Shown here piece after piece: positions 15,946 to 20,000 of a stretch of 20,000 bases of DNA; position 1 is the first letter of the stretch, and every line of letters starts with the position of its first letter. Made by a program: the position numbers and the translations under genes. Under the pieces are notes generated by a model. The model was not told where the DNA came from and ran no database searches. It saw only the letters and a program-made list of their open reading frames with translations. Location: contig REDG01000024.1 in the NCBI GenBank assembly GCA_007693605.1, positions 126,124 to 146,123 of the forward strand, given 5' to 3'. The stretch comes from Bradymonadales bacterium. GTDB taxonomy: Bacteria; Bdellovibrionota; UBA2394.

Positions 15946-16274
15946 GCTCGCTCTCTCTTCTCTGTGACTGTTGACGGCCTCTCTTGAGCACGAAGGAGCA
16001 TCAGTCTTTGTGTTAGCCGCCTTCTTAGGTCGTACTCTTCAGCGGGAAGTAACTTTTTTCTCATGATCCGGCTGATCGAACACTGGTGTTGTATTTTAAG
16101 CTCCCTTGAAACCTTCGCCGGCGGTTCCTTTGCGAGCTGAATGAAAGCCCAGGCCAAAACCCTCCTGACCAGGCGAGGTCGATTGCCCTGCGGGTTGAGA
16201 ATCTCAGCAGGAGTCAATCCGCTCAGTCGTTGAAGTTCTAACTCAATGGTATTTTTAAGCTGTATATTCATCAT
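15942..16274 (-). CDS. Small basic putative helix-turn-helix DNA-binding protein (DnaA-C/TrpR-like fold suspected)
   Basis: 110-aa ORF filling the gap. [40 protein letters not shown] resembles the DnaA domain IV-type pattern. Stop codon overlaps the rimK stop (TTAA 15942-15945). Confidence 0.5.
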   Translation of the reverse strand: MMNIQLKNTIELELQRLSGLTPAEILNPQGNRPRLVRRVLAWAFIQLAKEPPAKVSRELKIQHQCSISRIMRKKLLPAEEYDLRRRLTQRLMLLRAQERPSTVTEKRERA

Positions 16275-16288
16275 AGCGACCAGAATCC

Positions 16289-16304
16289 TGCAAAGGCCTT
16301 GCCA
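16289..16304 (-). promoter_or_regulatory. Putative sigma54 (-24/-12) promoter for the HTH gene
   Basis: Minus strand reads TGGCAAGGCCTTTGCA, i.e. GG-N10-GC with one mismatch to TGGCAC-N5-TTGCW. Intergenic, ending 14 nt upstream of ATG 16274. Confidence 0.55.
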
Positions 16305-16340
16305 GCTCGAACGCCCTCTTTATACACAAGTTGGCTGAGA

Positions 16341-16373
16341 CCGAAAGCCGGAAGCCGAAAAAACTTCCGAAAC
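16341..16373. repeat. Imperfect 7-nt tandem repeat CCG(A/G)AA(N) x4 with overlapping 6-bp hairpin
   Basis: CCGAAAG CCGGAAG CCGAAAA aactt CCGAAAC. CGGAAG (16349-54) can pair with CTTCCG (16364-69). Lies immediately after the kaiB-like stop. Confidence 0.35.
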
Positions 16374-16377
16374 GCCC

Positions 16378-16662
16378 TTAGAGCCCCGGCCTGAGATCAA
16401 CAGCTCGATCGAGGCCGAGAAGGTCCTCTAGGCCCTCTACACAGCCAATAATCCGTCGTGCTGGGGGCGGATCTAAAATCATCAGTGTGGGGGTGGCCAC
16501 AATTCCCACCCTCTCAGCCTCCTCCCAATTCTCAAGAATATCGACCACCTCAAGCTCTTCAATCTGAAAGTAAGTCTGTCGCAACTTCTTGAGATATGAG
16601 AGCGCCTCGATCGAGCTCTGCATCTGACCGCAAATAAAAAGCTGAAGTCTGACTCTTCGCAC
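16378..16662 (-). CDS. kaiB: KaiB-family (thioredoxin-like fold) protein
   Basis: LQLFICG...SIEAL..L...ELEVVDILE..EEAE..GIVATPTL....PPPARRIIG matches the KaiB consensus. GTG start, with an in-frame stop just upstream. Confidence 0.82.
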   Translation of the reverse strand: MRRVRLQLFICGQMQSSIEALSYLKKLRQTYFQIEELEVVDILENWEEAERVGIVATPTLMILDPPPARRIIGCVEGLEDLLGLDRAVDLRPGL

Positions 16663-16782
16663 CTTCGGCGTTCATAACATGAATCAAATCAATGAGATAT
16701 TCTACCTTTGGGCAGAACCGGCGCTGGTTTTCAAGACTTTTGCGCTTTAGGTCCGCTAAGTCTCTGATTATGCTATTGTTCT

Positions 16783-17868
16783 ATGCCCCTCGAAAATTTT
16801 AGATTTTTTTCAAAGGAATGGGCGGTTTTCGCGCTTTGCCTTGTGGTTCTTGTCGCCTTCTACTTCAGTTTGGGGGTTACTGGCCCCCTCTTTTTGATTG
16901 CTTGGTTTCTGGCCTATCTGAGTTTCCCCATCGTTCGACTGCTGGAGGGTCGCTCCATGAGTCGAGCGGGAGCGGTCGCGGTAACGATTTCTTTTGTCGT
17001 TCTTCTGCTACTGGCCGTCGCCGCCATTTTAGGCCCTTGGGTTTATAGAGAGATTAAACAACTGATTCAAGAGTTGCCCGGAATGATTGAATGGATGTCA
17101 GACAGGATCAACGAATTCAGTGTATGGATCTCAGGGCGACTGAATATAGAAGCTCAAGAGTTTGAGTTCAATTTTCAAGAGGCTTGGCTGGTACGATTGC
17201 AAGAGATGCAGATTTCTGACCTTCAGACGGTGAGACCCTTCTTAACTTCTGGCCTTGGCTTCATTTTGTATTTAGTTCAACTTGCACTACTTCCCATCTT
17301 TTACATTTATCTTCTCTTACACTTTGATCGCATTCCGACTTTGATTGAAAGAATGATTCCTGCTCAGATCTTGCCCCACTATCAACGATACGCCGCCAAA
17401 TTTGATTCTTTGATTCTTGGCTATATACAAGGTTTGTTTTTGGTCTGTTGTTTTCTGGCCTTTTCATATGCCCTTGGCTTGAGCCTCTCAGGGGTTCGCT
17501 TTGGCTTGGTTGTTGGAATCGTTGCGGGCTTTTTGAGCTTCATTCCCTATTTAGGTTTCTTTGCCGGAATCACCGTCTCAACTCTTCTGATTTTGATTTA
17601 CGGACAAGGCTTTTGGATCTGGATTGGCTTTGCTTTAACTTTTGGAATTGCCCAGTTGATTGAGTCTTACTATCTCACACCGCGCTTAGTGGGAAGTCGC
17701 GTTGGCCTCCACCCCCTTGCAGTGATTCTGTTGGTGATCGCTGGAGCCAATGTTGCCGGCCTTGCGGGAATGATCATCGCCATCCCCTTGGGTGCGATGC
17801 TTTGGATTGTCCTTGATGATTTGCTGGTAGAAAAGCAACGAAGAGAGGGGGGAGAGCTACCAGATTGA
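16783..17868 (+). CDS. AI-2E family transporter (PerM/TqsA-like)
   Basis: Multiple TM helices; P..IA.FLAYL..P.V..LE, GYIQG, LSFIPYLG, Q.IESYYLTPRLVG..VGLHP, GMIIAIPL. Confidence 0.9.
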   Translation: MPLENFRFFSKEWAVFALCLVVLVAFYFSLGVTGPLFLIAWFLAYLSFPIVRLLEGRSMSRAGAVAVTISFVVLLLLAVAAILGPWVYREIKQLIQELPGMIEWMSDRINEFSVWISGRLNIEAQEFEFNFQEAWLVRLQEMQISDLQTVRPFLTSGLGFILYLVQLALLPIFYIYLLLHFDRIPTLIERMIPAQILPHYQRYAAKFDSLILGYIQGLFLVCCFLAFSYALGLSLSGVRFGLVVGIVAGFLSFIPYLGFFAGITVSTLLILIYGQGFWIWIGFALTFGIAQLIESYYLTPRLVGSRVGLHPLAVILLVIAGANVAGLAGMIIAIPLGAMLWIVLDDLLVEKQRREGGELPD

Positions 17869-19229
17869 TGGCGATCGGGGGCTCCCCCACAAAACGAGAG
17901 ATCTTAGGGTATTCTTACGGGCAGCTTGGGCTCACCGCCACCGAGGCTTTTGTTCGAATTCACCTTCTGAAGTTCTTTGTCGATCAAGTCGGCTTAAGTC
18001 CTATTCTTACGGGACTAGCCGTGGGCCTGGCCATCATCTGGGACGGAATCACCGATCCACTGATGGGAGAACTATCGGATCGATTGAACGCCACAAGAAA
18101 ATGGAGACGCCGTGTCTTCTTTGTTCCGGGCGCTTTAGGCTCAGCCCTTTGCCTCATTCTATTGTTCTCACCAGCCTTTTTTGACTCCCAATCCGCCCAG
18201 TTTTTCTACCTACTCATTTTCTATATTTCTATGAACAGCTTTTTGACCGTGTTTGGAGTGCCCCACGCCGCCCTCGGTGGAGCGATGAGCCCTGACAGCC
18301 TGCAGAGGTCAAAGATTTTTGGTTGGCGTCTCATCTTTGGCAATGTGGGGGCGGTACTAGGAGTTGCCCTGCCAGCTTTGTTTCTGAGTTCACAAGTCGA
18401 AAACGCCTATCTTTGGAGTGCCGTCGCCGTGGGTATTCTGTCATTGAGTGCAGGGCTGGTCAGTTGGAGAGAGACCTACGATCGCGAGTCTTTAGACCGG
18501 CCGGTTAAGATCAATTGGAACCCAGTAAGCCTGCTTCGTTCTGTCCTCTACAATCATCATTTTCTAATCGTATTGGGAGCCTATCTCTTTGCCATGTTTG
18601 GAATCGGCATCAATGGAAGTCTTGCTTTGTTCTTTTATGAGTATCGTCTTGAGCTTTCTGACGCACAAACTCAAAGCATTATCGTTCTCTTTATGCTCTG
18701 TTTTAGTCTCTCGATACCCGTGTGGATTCGATTCGCACAACAGGTGCCCAAGAAGATTTGTTTGGCTGTCAGTATTTTTTCACTTGGATTGAGTGGGGCT
18801 CTCATTTACTTGATCGTGCCACCGCACTCTTTTTGGATTCCATTGTTGTATGCATGCTTTGGTGGATTTCTAATTGGGGTAGTCGTACTCCTTGATGTTC
18901 TTCTGGTTGAAATCGTTGATTACGACCGCCTTCGCAAGTCTCAAAATCGTTTGGGCCTTTATTTCGGAATCTGGAAAATGGCAGAAAAACTCACCCGAGC
19001 TCTCGCTGTTGTCGCTTCTGGCTTTTTACTCACTAGAATTGGTTTTGTGAGCGGAGCAGAGGTCAGTGAAGAAACTTCTTGGGGCTTAGCGATTCTCTTT
19101 GGCCCAGTTGTCAATGCCTTCTTTATCGCGTCGGCACTACTCGTCCTTCGACTTAAGTTCAATGAGGCCCGGCAGCATCGAGTTGAAAGCCTCTTGGCCC
19201 GCAGAATGAGCAAGCCACCACAGGCTTAA
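17868..19229 (+). CDS. MFS transporter, glycoside-pentoside-hexuronide (MelB-like) family
   Basis: YSYGQLG, IWDGITDPLMGELSDR, RRR, VPHAALG, EIVDYD....R.GLYFG, about 12 TM segments. ATG 17868 overlaps the upstream TGA; TTG 17865 is an alternative start. Confidence 0.88.
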   Translation: MAIGGSPTKREILGYSYGQLGLTATEAFVRIHLLKFFVDQVGLSPILTGLAVGLAIIWDGITDPLMGELSDRLNATRKWRRRVFFVPGALGSALCLILLFSPAFFDSQSAQFFYLLIFYISMNSFLTVFGVPHAALGGAMSPDSLQRSKIFGWRLIFGNVGAVLGVALPALFLSSQVENAYLWSAVAVGILSLSAGLVSWRETYDRESLDRPVKINWNPVSLLRSVLYNHHFLIVLGAYLFAMFGIGINGSLALFFYEYRLELSDAQTQSIIVLFMLCFSLSIPVWIRFAQQVPKKICLAVSIFSLGLSGALIYLIVPPHSFWIPLLYACFGGFLIGVVVLLDVLLVEIVDYDRLRKSQNRLGLYFGIWKMAEKLTRALAVVASGFLLTRIGFVSGAEVSEETSWGLAILFGPVVNAFFIASALLVLRLKFNEARQHRVESLLARRMSKPPQA

Positions 19230-19321
19230 AAATCTCTTTCAAGCTTCCACTATGGCCTGCCAAAAGTAAGTTCATCTCGAACCAGCAGAAGCATAGCATT
19301 GGATTTGAAAGGAGGGTTTCT

Positions 19322-19558
19322 ATGAAACTCACCCGCCACAACCACCGCCTCAAGACCAGCAAGTTAAGACTGCCCCCTATATTTGATCTTGAGGAATTTC
19401 TTGAATCACAAAGTACAGAGACAGCCTTGGAGGAAGAGGTTCTAAGGTCTGGTGCCTTTTCGCATCGGCGCCACACGGCCCTTTTTGAAGAGCTTGAGGG
19501 GGAGCCCGACGAGCCCGACCTGAGCCAACTCGATCACCTCTCTTCAAAGTGGCTGTAG
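19322..19558 (+). CDS. Small hypothetical protein (basic N-terminus, acidic remainder)
   Basis: 78-aa ORF with strong SD AAAGGAGG about 7 nt upstream of ATG, filling an intergenic gap. No recognised family. Confidence 0.5.
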   Translation: MKLTRHNHRLKTSKLRLPPIFDLEEFLESQSTETALEEEVLRSGAFSHRRHTALFEELEGEPDEPDLSQLDHLSSKWL

Positions 19559-19640
19559 TTGGCCAAGACGCCAGTCGCTCCGCTCTTTAGATGAGTTTTT
19601 TGGGTTGATCTTTTGGTCGAGCTAATGGACTGTTTGGAGC

Positions 19641-20000
19641 GTGAGACTCTACCTTCTGGTCGCGATGGCGTTCATGAGCTTTTCTTGTACGAACCCTCAA
19701 ACAGGCGTTCGAGTAGAGATGGCGGAAGAAGGCCTGAAGCCTGGCTTGCACAGTCTGATGCATGAGATGGCCGTACGACATGCAAAGATTTGGTTTGCCG
19801 GACAAGCAGAAAACTGGGAGCTCGCGGACTATGAAGTTCACGAGCTTGAAGAGCTCGTTGAGCTAATCCAAGCGGCTCATCCTGAATACGATGGCATGCC
19901 CATTGCTGACCTCCTTCGCAGCATGTTAGTCAACTCGATTGAGGCTGGAGTGCGGTCGGGAAACTGGAGTCGAAGTCACTTAGCTTTTGAGCTCGGATCG
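19641..20000 (+). CDS. Predicted lipoprotein, helical (partial, runs off the right edge)
   Basis: Not in the ORF track. GTG 19641 opens MRLYLLVAMAFMSFS|CTNPQ...KPGLHSLMHEMAVRHAKIWFAGQAENWELADYEVHELEELVELIQAAHPEYDG..., with no stop to base 20000 and lipobox-like SFSC. Confidence 0.7.
   Translation, partial: MRLYLLVAMAFMSFSCTNPQTGVRVEMAEEGLKPGLHSLMHEMAVRHAKIWFAGQAENWELADYEVHELEELVELIQAAHPEYDGMPIADLLRSMLVNSIEAGVRSGNWSRSHLAFELGS

Noticed and set aside
15942..16274. HTH ORF as a remnant of a REP-associated tyrosine transposase or other IS
   Set aside because: No HUH or DDE catalytic domain, terminal inverted repeats or REP arrays are visible nearby.
3791..19476. Many other 60-170-aa ORFs overlapping the main genes (e.g. 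4725-5189, 7968-8348, 9270-9704, 15361-15864, 19159-19476)
   Set aside because: They lie antisense or out of frame within well-supported genes and show no recognisable motifs.
19587..19841. 84-aa minus-strand ORF in the track
   Set aside because: It is the antisense shadow of the more protein-like plus-strand lipoprotein ORF starting at 19641.
1..20000. CRISPR arrays, tRNA/rRNA, riboswitches, prophage or known anti-phage defence operons
   Set aside because: No spaced direct repeats, no long intergenic space, and no nuclease, integrase or structural phage motifs seen. The AAA+ pair lacks recognisable defence effector domains within the window, although the left ORF's C-terminus is unseen.

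Overview
Gene-dense bacterial chromosomal window with moderate GC and no rRNA, tRNA, CRISPR or transposase. The left third is the unusual part: a minus-strand two-gene unit encoding a PrkA/YeaG-family AAA+ protein (3930-6380) and a >1308-aa ClpA/ClpB-like protein (3926 to beyond the left edge). The second ORF is missing from the supplied ORF track; I translated it by hand and found no in-frame stop. Both ATPase families are normally cytoplasmic, yet both proteins here start with Sec-type signal peptides. The Clp-like protein also carries about three degenerate beta-rich repeats ahead of a degenerate first and a near-intact second AAA+ module. An orphan 688-aa PilX-like minor pilin is transcribed divergently. 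The middle is a D-2-hydroxyglutarate-centred cluster (DUF1338/HglS-like dioxygenase coupled to AMP nucleosidase, FAD-linked D-2-HG dehydrogenase-like enzyme, SerA, semialdehyde dehydrogenase). The right part holds a retropepsin-like protease plus rimK, a small HTH gene behind a sigma54-like promoter, an orphan KaiB-like gene, AI-2E and GPH-family MFS transporters, a small acidic ORF and a partial lipoprotein gene. All family calls come from motif recognition by eye, not database searches. A predatory or host-associated lineage (e.g. Bdellovibrionota-like) is only an inference.
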